64,000 nt of DNA from Cyanobacteriota bacterium (GCA_026389335.1 JAPLIB010000091.1:9246-73245); one strand, 5' to 3'; shown: positions 1 to 11,072, counted from the first letter of the stretch. The notes: a model not told the origin generated them from the sequence alone. Numbers and translations are program-made.

Positions 1-366
1 CTGTTCGATCCGCAGCTCCTGCACCTGCTGCGCGGCCCCGGAACGGCGGGTGCGCTCGCGGGCCACCTCAAGCGTGCCGGCGCTGATGTCCACCGCCAAC
101 ACCGTGGAACCGGGATTGAGATGGCAGAGGTAATCGGTGCTCACCCCCGTGCCGCAGCCGGCATCGAGGATCCGCCAGGTTCGGGTACCGGAGGAGGGCG
201 GGGCCGCTGACAGGGATCCAAGGGCTGCCGCCATGGCGCTGTCGACGCACCACCGCCAGTTGTATCCCGGCGGCGGACCGTCTTGCAGAGGATCCCCGGG
301 ATAGGGGAAACGATCGTAAAAAGCACTGACCACCGGCGTGGCGGCATCCCTGGGACTGGAGCTCAT
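1..366 (-). CDS. Class I SAM-dependent methyltransferase, runs off the window start (not in ORF track)
   Basis: Manual translation from ATG at 366: MSSSPRDAATPVVSAFYDRFPYPGDP...RILDAGCGTGVSTDYLCHLNPGSTVLAVDIS; SAM motif I (LDAGCGTG). Confidence 0.85.
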   Translation of the reverse strand, partial: MSSSPRDAATPVVSAFYDRFPYPGDPLQDGPPPGYNWRWCVDSAMAAALGSLSAAPPSSGTRTWRILDAGCGTGVSTDYLCHLNPGSTVLAVDISAGTLEVARERTRRSGAAQQVQELRIEQ

Positions 367-514
367 CGGCAAGAAGCTGGGCCGCTGGGGGAGCATTTCA
401 TGGCGGCGAAGGCGAAGGCGAGACAAACGCAGTGGGCTGCAAACATTTGTTCATCGCCGGCCGGTGGGCAGCGGGGCCAGCCGTAACGTTCCGGAGCCCG
501 GCTCGCTCTCGTTC

Positions 515-3500
515 ATGACCGTGACCGCCAGCAGCGGCAGCACCAGGGTCACCCCCCAGCGCTACGACACCCTGCCGCTCTCCAGCGTCCGTCAAGCGGA
601 GCAGCAGGATCGCTTCCCCGACGGCGGCGAACTCGACGCCCTGACCACCTTCTTCCAGAGTGGCCAGATCAGGGTGACAGTGGCCCAGCGCCTCTCGGCC
701 AATGCTGCTGCGATCGTCGCCAAAGCCGCCAACCGCATCTTTTCGGGCGGCACGCCGCTCTCCTATCTCGATGCCCCCCTCCCCGGCGACGCCGCTGGCG
801 AGGGTGCGCCCCTGGCAGCAGACCAGGCCGCCTTCCAGCGCTCAGTGCAGACCTTCGCCGGTGCCACCGCCAACCGCGGCAACCTGCTGAGCCGGCTGCT
901 TGAAGGCGCCGGCGGCGATGCCGATGTGCGCGTGATCCTGCCCACCGGCTTCGCTCCGATCAGCGTCGGCCGCTATGGCACCGAGCGGATGAAGAAGTCG
1001 ATCCGCGATCTGGCCTGGTTCCTGCGCTACGTCAGCTACGCCATCGTCGCCGGCGATCCCAGCATCCTGTCCGTCAACACCCGCGGCCTGCGGGACGTGC
1101 TGGAGAAGGCCTGTTCACTGGCGGCCACCAACGTCGCCCTGCAGGAGATGCGGGCGGTCGGTGCTGGCCTGTTCAAGGCGGAGCCGCAGGCGCGCAGCCT
1201 CGTGATCGAGTACTTCAACGTGCTGCTCAAGGAACTGGAGGTTCCTGTCCCCTCCAGCCGGGCACGGCTGGGCAGCCCTGTGAGCCAGGGCCTGCAACTG
1301 CCAGCCAGCTACGCGCAAGCCGCCGAAGGGGCCCAGCGCTTCGTGATGCGCCCCCGCCTCTCCGGCAGCCAGAAGGCCGAAGTGATCCGGGCTTGCTACC
1401 GCCAGGTGTTTGAGCGGGACATCACCAAGGCCTACTCCCAGGTGGTCTGCCCCGTTGAAGCCACCCAGGTGCGCCAGGGCCAGCTGTCGATGCGGGAATT
1501 CATTCGTGCCCTCGGGCGCAGCAAGGAATACCAGCGCCAGTTTTATGGCCGCTTCTCCAACAGCCGCGTCGTGGAGCTGGCCTTCCGCCACTTCCTCGGT
1601 AGGGGGGTGAGCTCGATCGAAGAGTTCCGCCAGTATTTCGCCATCGTCAGCAGCAAGGGTCTCGGCGGCCTGGTGGATGCCCTGGTCAATGGCATGGAAT
1701 ATGCCCGGGTCTTCGGCGAAGAAACCGTTCCTTATCTGCGGGATCTCGGTGAAGAGGCCCAGGAGAGTGCCGGCTGGGGATCGAACCGCAGGCTCTTCCG
1801 CTACAGCGCCCCGTTCGAAGGTGCCCCCCAGTACATCACCCTCTACGCCTCCTACCGGCAACCCTTCGCCGACCAGCATCCCTATGGCGGCGGCAACGAC
1901 CCGATCGGTCTCAACTACGGCGCCATCTTCCCCTCCGGCACCGCTTCGGTGGCCACGCGCCCGGCGCCGTTCAGTTACGACAGCCGCCGCATCCTGATCG
2001 GCAATGGCCTGCGCCAGCCTGGCCAGATGGACAGCGCCCAGTTCCGCAAGTCCACGCCACGGCGCGTCGGTCCCAAGGTGCTGCGTCTGCAGCAGATTGC
2101 CACCGGTGGCAGTTCCGTTCCCCGCCGCGGTGGCCAGCCCAGCATCCGCGGCACCGAAGCGGCCACCCAGGCGGTGATCCGTGGCGTCTATGTCCAGATC
2201 CTGGGCACCACCGGCTATGCCGGCGAACACAACACCGTTGAAGAGATCAAGCTCGAGAACGGCGACATCAGCCTGCGAGAGTTCATCCGCCAGGTGGCCC
2301 GCTCCAAGGCCTTCCGTCGTCGCTACTGGAGTGGCCTCTACATCTGCAAGGCGATTGAGGTGATGCATCGCCGCATACTGGGTCGCCCCAGCTTCGGTCG
2401 CTGGGAGATTGACAGCTACTTCGACACCGCAGCCCGCAGCGGCTTCTATGGCGTCGTCGACGCCATGATCAACAGCCGCGAATACAACGAAACCTTCGGC
2501 GAGGACACGGTTCCCTACGAGCGCTTCATCACCGCCAACGATCGCAACGCCCGCCAGGTGCCGGCCCTGCGCCGACCCTTCAATGCCGAGTCGGTGGCCG
2601 ATCTCACCCCGATCCAGCGGCCGGATGTGCCGCGGCCACTGCAGTTGCGCACCGTCGCCGACACCGTGCCGCGTAACCTGGCCGATCGCAATCGGTTGAT
2701 TCGCGGCAGCTGGACCGCCTCGATCAGTGGCGGTCAGAGCAATGCCCCAAGCCCCGACAGGTCGGCTGGCTCCCAGAGCATCAAACAGCCGCCGCTGCCC
2801 ACCCGCAGCTGGAGCGCGCCACGTTGGCAACCCGGGGTCGCCAAACCCCTGCCCTCCCGATCCACGGCACCGGCAGCCCCTGCGGCCCTTGCCCCAACAG
2901 CCTTGACGGGCCCAGGCAACTGGCGCGCGACCCAGGCCAGCGGCTATGGCTCCGCGATGGCAGTCCAGCCTGGTGCCGCCATGGTGAAAGCTCTGCAGCC
3001 GGGCTCCCCCCAGGGATTCCGCCGCCGCCAGAGCCTGGGACGTCCGATCCAGCTGCCCACCGCCCCTAGCGACAGCCAGCTGAGCGCGGCCATTGAGGGC
3101 AGTTATCGCCAACTCCTCAACCGCACCGTTCTGGCGGCGGAACGGCTCAGCGATGCCGAATCCCAGTTGCGCAACGGTGTGTTGACGGTCGCCGATTTTG
3201 TCGGCCAGATCGCTCTCAGCGACATGTTCCAGCAACGGATCCAGCTCATGGCCCCATTGCGGGGTGCCTCGGCGGTCTATCTCGCCCTGCTGGGTCGAGC
3301 CGCCCAGCCAGCTGAGGTGAGTCGCTTCCTGGCGACCCGCTCGAAGCAAGGTCAGAGGCAGGCGATTGCGGCCGTGCTCTCCGGTTCGGAGTATGCCGGC
3401 AGCTTCGGCCGCGACACCGTGCCCTATCTGAAGGGATTGAACACCGCTGATGGCCTGCCCTTGAGCACGGTCAATCGCACGGCCAATCTCTACGGAGGCA

Positions 3501-3538
3501 ATGCCGCCCTCAATCCTCCCCTGGGCGGAGCCATCTGA
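515..3538 (+). CDS. apcE: Phycobilisome core-membrane linker LCM
   Basis: Start MTVTASSGSTRV; phycobiliprotein domain with chromophore Cys (RGLRDVLEKACS); three REP linker domains (YRQVFERD, YVQILG, YRQLLNR, each ending in FGE/RxTVPY); directly upstream of apcABC. Confidence 0.97.
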   Translation: MTVTASSGSTRVTPQRYDTLPLSSVRQAEQQDRFPDGGELDALTTFFQSGQIRVTVAQRLSANAAAIVAKAANRIFSGGTPLSYLDAPLPGDAAGEGAPLAADQAAFQRSVQTFAGATANRGNLLSRLLEGAGGDADVRVILPTGFAPISVGRYGTERMKKSIRDLAWFLRYVSYAIVAGDPSILSVNTRGLRDVLEKACSLAATNVALQEMRAVGAGLFKAEPQARSLVIEYFNVLLKELEVPVPSSRARLGSPVSQGLQLPASYAQAAEGAQRFVMRPRLSGSQKAEVIRACYRQVFERDITKAYSQVVCPVEATQVRQGQLSMREFIRALGRSKEYQRQFYGRFSNSRVVELAFRHFLGRGVSSIEEFRQYFAIVSSKGLGGLVDALVNGMEYARVFGEETVPYLRDLGEEAQESAGWGSNRRLFRYSAPFEGAPQYITLYASYRQPFADQHPYGGGNDPIGLNYGAIFPSGTASVATRPAPFSYDSRRILIGNGLRQPGQMDSAQFRKSTPRRVGPKVLRLQQIATGGSSVPRRGGQPSIRGTEAATQAVIRGVYVQILGTTGYAGEHNTVEEIKLENGDISLREFIRQVARSKAFRRRYWSGLYICKAIEVMHRRILGRPSFGRWEIDSYFDTAARSGFYGVVDAMINSREYNETFGEDTVPYERFITANDRNARQVPALRRPFNAESVADLTPIQRPDVPRPLQLRTVADTVPRNLADRNRLIRGSWTASISGGQSNAPSPDRSAGSQSIKQPPLPTRSWSAPRWQPGVAKPLPSRSTAPAAPAALAPTALTGPGNWRATQASGYGSAMAVQPGAAMVKALQPGSPQGFRRRQSLGRPIQLPTAPSDSQLSAAIEGSYRQLLNRTVLAAERLSDAESQLRNGVLTVADFVGQIALSDMFQQRIQLMAPLRGASAVYLALLGRAAQPAEVSRFLATRSKQGQRQAIAAVLSGSEYAGSFGRDTVPYLKGLNTADGLPLSTVNRTANLYGGNAALNPPLGGAI

Positions 3539-3596
3539 GCGGCAGAGCCGAGGCCAGGCTGGGCCTTCTAATCGGAATAGCTAAACCAGTCACCCC

Positions 3597-3630
3597 AACC
3601 TCCCGGAGCCAGGCTCCGGGAGGTTGCTTT
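3597..3630 (+). terminator. Probable intrinsic terminator after apcE
   Basis: 13-bp stem AACCTCCCGGAGC / GCTCCGGGAGGTT, 3-nt loop, followed by GCTTT. Confidence 0.6.
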
Positions 3631-3944
3631 ATGAATAAGTAGTCTAATTTTATTCAGGGATTCATCACACAGATGGGCCCAAAATCGGCCTGCCTCAGTC
3701 TTCGCCCTCGGCCGCAAGAGATCAACAATTGCTGCAGCAAGCCGCTGTCAGCAACTGGCGCCAGCTGGTTTGCAGCCGCAGGGATCTCCAACGCAATTCG
3801 GCCGTGAAGATCTGTTACCGGTGCCCGAGCCCTAGAGGAGCGTTGCCGCAGAATGATTCGGCGGTCGACACTGTCGGCCTCAACCCTTACCCACTGGATA
3901 CCGGTCTCCTTCAACGGCGACCGCTTGTTTCGAGGCAGAACTGC

Positions 3945-4430
3945 ATGAGCATCGTCTCCAACTCGATCATCAACGCGGACGCCGAAGCCCGCTACCTCAG
4001 CCCTGGCGAACTCGACCAGATCAAGTCGTTCGTGGCTGGTGGTCAGCGTCGCCTCCGCGTCGCCCAGGTCCTGGCGGAAAGCCGGGAGCGCATTGTCAAG
4101 CAGGCCGGAGGCCAGCTTTTTCAGAAGCGCCCCGATGTCATCTCACCCGGAGGCAATGCCTACGGTGAGGAGATGACGGCAAGCTGCCTGCGGGACATGG
4201 ATTACTACCTGCGCCTGGTCACATACGGCGTTGTCGCTGGCGATGTGACGCCGATCGAAGAGATCGGCATCATTGGCGCCCGTGAGATGTACCGCGCCCT
4301 TGGCACTCCCCTGGAAGCGATGGCGGAAGCCGTGCGCGAAATGAAGTCGGTGGCCACCGGCATCCTCACCGGCGCCGATGCCGAGGAAGCTGGTTTCTAC
4401 TTCGACTACGTCGTCGGCGCCCTCTCCTGA
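3945..4430 (+). CDS. apcA: Allophycocyanin alpha subunit
   Basis: [29 protein letters not shown]...[17 protein letters not shown]; 161 aa. Confidence 0.98.
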   Translation: MSIVSNSIINADAEARYLSPGELDQIKSFVAGGQRRLRVAQVLAESRERIVKQAGGQLFQKRPDVISPGGNAYGEEMTASCLRDMDYYLRLVTYGVVAGDVTPIEEIGIIGAREMYRALGTPLEAMAEAVREMKSVATGILTGADAEEAGFYFDYVVGALS

Positions 4431-4472
4431 GGTCTCTTCCCTCCCCGTTCATCGCCACTCCTCTCAGGATCC

Positions 4473-4958
4473 ATGCAAGACGCCATCACCAACGTCATCA
4501 ACCAGTCCGACGTTCAAGGTCTTTACCTTGACGGCGGTTCCATCGGCAGGCTTGAGCAGTACTTCGCCAGCGGTGAGCTGCGCGTCCGTGCTGCCGCCAC
4601 CATCAGCGCCAATGCTTCGGCCATCATCAAAGAGGCTGTCGCTAAAGCTCTGCTGTACTCGGACATCACCCGTCCGGGCGGCAACATGTACACCACCCGT
4701 CGCTATGCAGCCTGCATCCGCGACCTGGATTACTACCTGCGCTATGCCACCTACGCCATGCTGGCTGGTGACACCTCGATCCTCGACGAGCGCGTTCTGA
4801 ACGGCCTCAAGGAGACCTACAACTCCCTGGGCGTGCCCATCGGCGCCACCGTTCAGTCGATTCAGGCCATGAAGGAAGCCACCGCCTCCTTGGTTGGTCC
4901 TGATGCCGGCCGTGAAATGGGTGTCTACTTCGACTACATCAGCTCGGGTCTCGCCTGA
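4473..4958 (+). CDS. apcB: Allophycocyanin beta subunit
   Basis: [20 protein letters not shown]...[23 protein letters not shown]; 161 aa. Confidence 0.98.
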   Translation: MQDAITNVINQSDVQGLYLDGGSIGRLEQYFASGELRVRAAATISANASAIIKEAVAKALLYSDITRPGGNMYTTRRYAACIRDLDYYLRYATYAMLAGDTSILDERVLNGLKETYNSLGVPIGATVQSIQAMKEATASLVGPDAGREMGVYFDYISSGLA

Positions 4959-4990
4959 TCTCTGCAGAGTCGTCCCGATAAGGAGCCCCC

Positions 4991-5191
4991 ATGCGCCTAT
5001 TCAAGATCACAGCCTGCATTCCCTGCCCCGAAAAGGCGAGAACCCAGCGTGAATTGCAAAACACCTATTTCACCAAGTGGGTGCCGTATTCAAGCTGGTT
5101 CGCGGAACAGCAGCGCATCATGAAGCAGGGTGGCAAGATCCTGAAGGTTGAGTTGGCCGCCGGGCGCCGTCAGCAAAGCTGCGGCAACTGA
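4991..5191 (+). CDS. apcC: Phycobilisome core small linker LC7.8
   Basis: MRLFKITACIP...RTQRELQNTYFTKWVPYSSWFAEQQRIMKQGGKILKVEL; follows apcB. Confidence 0.95.
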   Translation: MRLFKITACIPCPEKARTQRELQNTYFTKWVPYSSWFAEQQRIMKQGGKILKVELAAGRRQQSCGN

Positions 5192-5198
5192 AGCTCCT

Positions 5199-5224
5199 AC
5201 AGCTGCCCTTTTTGGTGCAGCTGT
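5199..5224 (+). terminator. Hairpin immediately after apcC
   Basis: ACAGCTGC / GCAGCTGT stem; no clear U-tail. Confidence 0.4.
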
Positions 5225-5297
5225 CGGGCCATTCCCCTATCTGGTCCTTAGCCCTGATCTCGCCTCATTCCTTGCACGACTGGGCTCAGGCTCAGCC

Positions 5298-5338
5298 ACT
5301 CCCAAGGACTCCAAAGGACTCCAAAGGACTCCAAAGGA
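5298..5338. repeat. Decamer tandem repeat (ACTCCAAAGG) x4, first copy with one mismatch
   Basis: act cccaaggact ccaaaggact ccaaaggact ccaaagga read directly. Confidence 0.9.
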
Positions 5339-5481
5339 ATTTTCAACTTGCTTTTATTTCAGGATCACCCCCTGAAGATTGTTAGTTGTTGAACCAAAGC
5401 CTGGACCACCTGAGCACCGTGTGAATGACACGCTGACTGGACCCAGAGCCTGATACCTGCCTCCACTGGAGGAAATGGGTT

Positions 5482-5522
5482 ACCCAGGCCTTCTCGCAAG
5501 AAGGCCTGGGTTTCGGTTCTTT
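5482..5522 (+). terminator. Strong hairpin, terminator-like
   Basis: Perfect 13-bp stem ACCCAGGCCTTCT / AGAAGGCCTGGGT, 4-nt loop, then TTCGGTTCTTT. Confidence 0.6.
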
Positions 5523-6136
5523 GACGACGGGCTCGGGTGCGACTGCAGAGGGGCCGGAAGCCCCAAGAGAGCCACGGCAGTCCTCCTGGGCCATGAGCGT
5601 CAGGGGACCCTGCTCCAGGCCCAGACACTGGGGTTGAGCGCAGCCGCCCTCAGGATTGGTTCCGATCTTCGCCTTACGCCCCTGCTGGCGGCTTCTGCCG
5701 CAGCGTTCGAGCGAGCGGACAGGGGGCTATGTCGGTCACGCCGATCACCACAACCGCCGGACCCAGCGGCAGCCAGCGGCAATGTGGGGTAAGTCCGCTG
5801 CCCGCAGATTGCATCCGGAAGCAGCCTGAGCCAGCAGGGGATTAATTCCGACTCACTGGCACAAGCAGATCTGCTGCACTGCAAGTGCTTTCGAACGCCA
5901 GGCTGGCCTGAGGCACGGTCCAGGCGAGATCAGGCTGCGACCACTTCGGGCGTTGGCCTTGGGCGTGAACGGTCTGTTCGATCAGTATGGGCTTCCTGCC
6001 GCAGCTCATGGCGATGCCCTACGGCTGGCTGGCTGGTTCCATCCCGGCCTGGGCCGTTTGATTTGCTGACAGGACTCGACAAGCCCCGGCAGTTCACGGC
6101 TGAATGGACCGTTGGCGATCCCAGTAGCTTCCAGCC

Positions 6137-7354
6137 TTGACCCGAACCCCCTCTCGATCAGCCGACCGCCGCGACACCCAGGAAGCCAGCTCAGGTGGCG
6201 AGAGCCTGATGCCCCTGCCCTGGAGCCTCTGGCCCGCCGAAGCCAGGCTGTTGCTTGGCCTGGTGGCCATCTGGAGCCTGGTCGGGCTGCTCATCCTCAC
6301 CTCCGCCAGTTGGTTCGTCGCGGACCGGGAGATGGGCGATGCGGCCTACTACCTCAAACGCCAGGCCCTGTGGCTGCTGGCCAGCTGGGGTCTGTTGCTG
6401 CTGGCGATCCGCACCAGTCTGCGGCGCTGGCTGCACATCGCCGGATCGGCTCTGGTGATCTGTGGGGTTCTGATTGCCGCCACCCTGGTGATCGGCAGCA
6501 CCGTGAATGGGGCCAGCCGCTGGTTGGTGCTTGGACCGATTCAGATCCAGCCCACCGAATTGGTGAAGCCCTTTGTGGTGCTGCAAGGAGCGGTGCTCTT
6601 CTCCCATTGGCGTCGCATCGGCAATGACCAGAAGCTGCTCTGGCTGGCGATGTTCGGCGGTGTGATCCTGCTGATCCTCAAGCAACCCAACCTCAGCACC
6701 GCCGCCCTGCTGGGACTGCTGCTCTGGTTGATGGCCCTGGCTGGTGGCCTCTCCCTGCCACTGTTGATCGGCGCGGCGGGGGCCGGAGGGTTGCTCGGTG
6801 GCGCCAGCATCATGATCAACGAATATCAGCGGCTACGGGTCACCTCCTTCCTCGACCCCTGGAAGGATCCCCAGGGCGATGGCTACCAACTGGTGCAGAG
6901 CCTGCTGGCGATCGGTTCGGGCGGCGTTCTCGGGGAGGGCTTCGGCCTCTCCACCCAGAAGTTGCAGTATCTGCCGATCCAGACCACCGATTTCATCTTC
7001 GCGGTGTTCGCCGAGGAGTTCGGCTACGTCGGCTCGCTGATGCTGCTGCTGTTTCTGCTGATCTTCGGCTTCGTCGGCCTCAGGGTGGCCCTCAGCTGCC
7101 GCAGCAATCAGCACCGTCTGGTGGCCATGGGCTGCACGACCCTGCTGGTCGGTCAGTCGATTCTCAACATCGCCGTGGCCAGCGGCGCCATGCCCACCAC
7201 CGGCTTGCCGCTGCCGATGATCAGCTACGGCGGCAACTCGCTGCTCAGCAGCCTGTTCGTCTGCGGCCTGCTGATTCGCTGCTCCCTGGAAACGACGGGA
7301 CTGGAACCAGCACGGCCACGCCGACGGCGCCAGCCCCCTGCCCCGATAGGCTGA
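6137..7354 (+). CDS. ftsW: SEDS family cell division protein FtsW (start may be about 6209)
   Basis: NGASRWLVLGPIQIQPTELVK, GYQLVQSLLAIGSGG, TDFIFAVFAEEFG, PTTGLPLPMISYGG motifs; multi-TM. Confidence 0.9.
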   Translation: MTRTPSRSADRRDTQEASSGGESLMPLPWSLWPAEARLLLGLVAIWSLVGLLILTSASWFVADREMGDAAYYLKRQALWLLASWGLLLLAIRTSLRRWLHIAGSALVICGVLIAATLVIGSTVNGASRWLVLGPIQIQPTELVKPFVVLQGAVLFSHWRRIGNDQKLLWLAMFGGVILLILKQPNLSTAALLGLLLWLMALAGGLSLPLLIGAAGAGGLLGGASIMINEYQRLRVTSFLDPWKDPQGDGYQLVQSLLAIGSGGVLGEGFGLSTQKLQYLPIQTTDFIFAVFAEEFGYVGSLMLLLFLLIFGFVGLRVALSCRSNQHRLVAMGCTTLLVGQSILNIAVASGAMPTTGLPLPMISYGGNSLLSSLFVCGLLIRCSLETTGLEPARPRRRRQPPAPIG

Positions 7355-7380
7355 CCGCATCGGCCCTTCTCCCCCCGGCC

Positions 7381-8136
7381 ATGACCAGCCCCGGCCTGCT
7401 GCTCGCCGACTGGGCCCGCAGCAGCGAATACCTGCTGCAGAGTTCCCTCGCCCATCCAGGACCGATCACCCTGGCGGTGGTCTTTGCCGGTGGCGTGCTC
7501 ACCAGCCTTGGCCCCTGTTCGCTCTCCCTGTTGCCCGTCACCCTGGCCTACCTGGCCGGTTTCGGCGCCGATGGCACCAGGGCGCCGCTGCTGGCGGCGG
7601 GGCCCCGCTCCTTGCCCTGGCAGCGCAGCGTCAGTTTCGCCGCCGGCATCGTCTGCTCTCTGGTGCTGCTGGGTCTGGCCAGTGGGCTGATGGGGCGTCT
7701 CTACGGCAGCCTGCCCAGCCAGATCCCCCTACTGGTGGCGGTGGTGGCCGTGGTGATGGGTCTGAATCTGCTCGGTTTGCTGCGCTTCCCGTTGCCGGCC
7801 GGCCCTGATCCCGAGGCCTGGCGCCGCCGGGTACCGGCCCCGTTGGCCCCCCTGGCAGCCGGGCTGGCCTTCGGCCTGGCTGCTACACCCTGCACGACGC
7901 CGGTGCTGGCCGTGCTGCTCGCCTGGATGGCCCAGAACGGCCGGCCGCTGGAAGGCATGGTGCTGCTCACCTGCTTTGGTGCTGGCCAGGTGCTGCCGCT
8001 GCTGCTGGCCGGCACCGCCGCCGCCAGCCTGCCCGATCTGCTGCGCCTGCGTCGAGTCGGTCAGTGGATTCCCCCGATCAGCGGCGTGGTTCTGCTAACC
8101 ACAGGCGGCCTTACCCTGCTCTCCCAACTGCCATGA
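7381..8136 (+). CDS. ccdA: Cytochrome c biogenesis thiol-disulfide transporter CcdA
   Basis: [20 protein letters not shown] and [15 protein letters not shown] with the two conserved PC cysteines. Confidence 0.88.
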   Translation: MTSPGLLLADWARSSEYLLQSSLAHPGPITLAVVFAGGVLTSLGPCSLSLLPVTLAYLAGFGADGTRAPLLAAGPRSLPWQRSVSFAAGIVCSLVLLGLASGLMGRLYGSLPSQIPLLVAVVAVVMGLNLLGLLRFPLPAGPDPEAWRRRVPAPLAPLAAGLAFGLAATPCTTPVLAVLLAWMAQNGRPLEGMVLLTCFGAGQVLPLLLAGTAAASLPDLLRLRRVGQWIPPISGVVLLTTGGLTLLSQLP

Positions 8137-9602
8137 CGGCGGCCCCCTCCTCAACCACCAGGCGAATCCTGCTGCGCTGGATCGGCTGGCTGGCTGACCT
8201 GCGCCTGGCGATCACCTTGCTGCTGGTGATCGCCCTCACCAGCGCTATCGGCACGGCGATTCCGCAGAAAGAAAGCGAGCTTTTTTACCACCAGCGCTAC
8301 GACCCGGCCCCCTGGCTCGGTCTTGTTGATGGCAACGGCGTGCTGCGCCTGCAGCTCGACCACGTTTATTCCAGTGGCTGGTTTCTGGCCCTGCTCGCCT
8401 GGTTGGGGCTGGCTCTGGTGCTGTGCAGCTGGCGGCGCCAGTGGCCCGCCCTGCAGGCCTCCCTGCGCTGGATCGACTACCGCTCCCCGCGCCAGCTGAG
8501 CAAGCTGAGCGTGGCCGAAACCCTGCTCAGCGAAGATCCGAGTCCCTGTCTCGACCGGCTCGAGCAGGAATTGCGGGCTGGGGGTTGGCAGGTGCAACGC
8601 CAACCCGATCGCCTGGCCGCCCGGCGGGGTGTGCTGGGCCGGGTTGGACCGCTATTGGTCCATGCCGGCATGGTGGTGTTGATGGTGGGTGCGGCCTGGG
8701 GCTCCCTGGGGGGCCAACGGCTGGAGCGCTTTCTCGCCCCTGGCCGGGAGCTGGAACTGCTGGACAGCCGCGGCCACACCCAGCTGATCGTGGCCCTCGA
8801 CGACTTCCAGATCCAGCGCGATCCACTCGGCCGGCCGGAGCAGTTCAGCTCCAGCCTGCGCTTGATCTCACCCGCTTCCAGCGCCGAGGCCATCCCCGCC
8901 GCTAATCCCGCGCTTGCCATGCCATCCCCAGACCCCGGCGCCTTGACGCTCCTGGGCGAGGCCCCAGCCGTCGCGGCGGCCAATGCTGCTGTCGGCGGTG
9001 AAGGCGACGTGGATGCGGCCCAGCCACTGCGGGCCGTGATCAGCGTCAACCATCCCCTGCGCCACCGGGGCATGACCCTCTATCAGGCCGACTGGGCCCT
9101 GGCGGCGGTCAACATCCAGCTGGGTCGCAGCCCGGTGTTGCAGCTGCCGCTGCAGACCTATCCCGAACTGGGGGAGCAAGTGTGGGGCCTGGTGCTGCCG
9201 ACCCGCCCCGATGGCAGCGAACCGGTGTTTCTGAGCCTGCGCAGCGAACAGGGACCGGTGGAGGTGTTCGGGCCCGATGGCCAGCCACTGGCCCGGCTGC
9301 AACCCGGTGGCGAGGCGGTTGAGGTGCGCGGCCTGCCGATCCGGGTGGCCTCGATCCTGCCGGCGAGCGGCATTCTGTTGAAGCGGGATCCCGGGGTGCC
9401 ACTGGTGTACAGCGGCTTCGCCATTGCCCTGCTCGGGGGCGGACTCAGCCTGGTGGCCACCCGCCAGCTCTGGGCCATCAGCGAAGCCGAGGCCGGTCGT
9501 CTGCACGTGGCAGGCCTCTGCAATCGCAACCTCACGGCCTTCGCCGCCGAACTGCCGGCCTTGCTGGCTCGAGTCTCAACAGCTCCGGTCCAGCAGGCCT
9601 GA
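8133..9602 (+). CDS. ccs1: Cytochrome c biogenesis protein Ccs1/ResB (system II)
   Basis: [15 protein letters not shown]...[46 protein letters not shown]; ATGA overlap with ccdA stop. Confidence 0.9.
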   Translation: MTAAPSSTTRRILLRWIGWLADLRLAITLLLVIALTSAIGTAIPQKESELFYHQRYDPAPWLGLVDGNGVLRLQLDHVYSSGWFLALLAWLGLALVLCSWRRQWPALQASLRWIDYRSPRQLSKLSVAETLLSEDPSPCLDRLEQELRAGGWQVQRQPDRLAARRGVLGRVGPLLVHAGMVVLMVGAAWGSLGGQRLERFLAPGRELELLDSRGHTQLIVALDDFQIQRDPLGRPEQFSSSLRLISPASSAEAIPAANPALAMPSPDPGALTLLGEAPAVAAANAAVGGEGDVDAAQPLRAVISVNHPLRHRGMTLYQADWALAAVNIQLGRSPVLQLPLQTYPELGEQVWGLVLPTRPDGSEPVFLSLRSEQGPVEVFGPDGQPLARLQPGGEAVEVRGLPIRVASILPASGILLKRDPGVPLVYSGFAIALLGGGLSLVATRQLWAISEAEAGRLHVAGLCNRNLTAFAAELPALLARVSTAPVQQA

Positions 9603-9661
9603 GTACTCCTTGGCTCCATCCATACCGCTGATACTCCCTGGACAGCGAGCCGGCCCGAAGC

Positions 9662-10081
9662 TCAGCAGGGCTGACGCTGCCCATGGCTGACCCGCACCAC
9701 CGTGTGCACATTGCCGCGGGGGTTGAAGTCGGCCACCAACTCCATCCAGGCGGGCTCACAGGCCGCCACAAAGTCGTCGAGGATCCGGTTGGCCACCTCC
9801 TCGTGGGAGATGCTGCGATCCCGGTAGCCATTCACATAGAGCTTCAGAGCCTTGAGCTCCAGCACCCGGGGCCCCGGCTGGTACAGCAACCGCAACACCG
9901 CAAAATCGGGATAGCCGGAGAATGGACAATTGCAGGTGAATTCCGGCAGCTCGATCGACACCTCATAGGGGCGACCGGGGCGGGGGTTGTCAAAGCAGAT
10001 GAGCTGAGCTTCGGCGATCGCCCGCTCGCCATAGCTCGGGGTACGGGTGCGATCGCCCATGGCGGCGGCTTCGATGGCCAT
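9662..10081 (-). CDS. queF: NADPH-dependent 7-cyano-7-deazaguanine reductase (start uncertain, 10060-10150)
   Basis: [36 protein letters not shown] motifs. Confidence 0.93.
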   Translation of the reverse strand: MAIEAAAMGDRTRTPSYGERAIAEAQLICFDNPRPGRPYEVSIELPEFTCNCPFSGYPDFAVLRLLYQPGPRVLELKALKLYVNGYRDRSISHEEVANRILDDFVAACEPAWMELVADFNPRGNVHTVVRVSHGQRQPC

Positions 10082-10142
10082 GGCCTGGCTGCAAGATTCA
10101 GAGGAGCTGACCGTACTGGATCCCGACGGGGATGGGGCCGTC

Positions 10143-10156
10143 GTAGCCATCGTTAC
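10143..10156. promoter_or_regulatory. Candidate NtcA box between queF and glnB
   Basis: GTA-GCCATCGT-TAC fits GTA-N8-TAC; about 400 bp upstream of glnB; no well-spaced -10 found. Confidence 0.35.
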
Positions 10157-10480
10157 GACAGCTGCCGCTGGACTCGGGCCTAATGACGGAGTCGTCGGCT
10201 CTCGCTGATGTCTGCAACACTGATCCGAGAGGCTGGAACGGCCACACCACCCAGCCAAACCAGCCCCAGCCGCGACCTCAGCCCAACTGATTCCACTCCG
10301 ACTGGTTCCAGTCAGCCTGATTCCAGTCAGCCTGATCCCCGCAAGACCGATTCAGCGAACCTGAGCCGGCCCTTCGCCATCAGCCAGAATCAGTCCTCCG
10401 GATCACTCTGGCTGAAGCTGTCAGACTGACCACATCAAGCCAGCTCCACTGGTTCGGTTCATCGGCTTCATCGCCCTTGA

Positions 10481-10897
<417 letters not shown>

Positions 10898-11072
10898 CAG
10901 CGGCCGCGGCGATTGCTCGCGATCCTGCCTGCCGATTCCCGTCGCTATGGCCAGCGGGAGCTGGGGGAGGACGTTTCGGATCGTTGCCTGGTTCCATCCT
11001 CCGCAGCCACGGGGGCGATCAGCCCAGCCAGGCCCCAGGCCCTGCGTTGGCACCACTGGCGAGCCAGCGGTT

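Noticed and set aside
1115-3349. 744-aa antisense ORF over apcE (likewise 12402-14252, 39129-40958, 49203-51104, 26254-27858, 23496-24668, 59058-59816)
   Set aside because: Shadow frames of high-GC coding DNA; low-complexity R/G/A/P translations with no motifs, each overlapping a well-supported gene.
515-3538. Far-red (ApcE2-type) phycobilisome core
   Set aside because: The chromophore Cys is present (EKACS), and apcA/apcB look like conventional copies.
5298-5338. CRISPR array
   Set aside because: The 10-bp units are contiguous with no spacers, and no cas genes are present. No CRISPR-like array was seen anywhere in the window.
5790-5830. SRP RNA or 6S RNA in the apcC-ftsW gap
   Set aside because: CCGGAAGCAGC only partly resembles SRP domain IV and the flanking helix is absent; no 6S-like long irregular hairpin was identified.
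10300-10335. 15-bp tandem duplication TTCCAGTCAGCCTGA upstream of glnB
   Set aside because: Real, but only two copies and no functional cue; likely local slippage.
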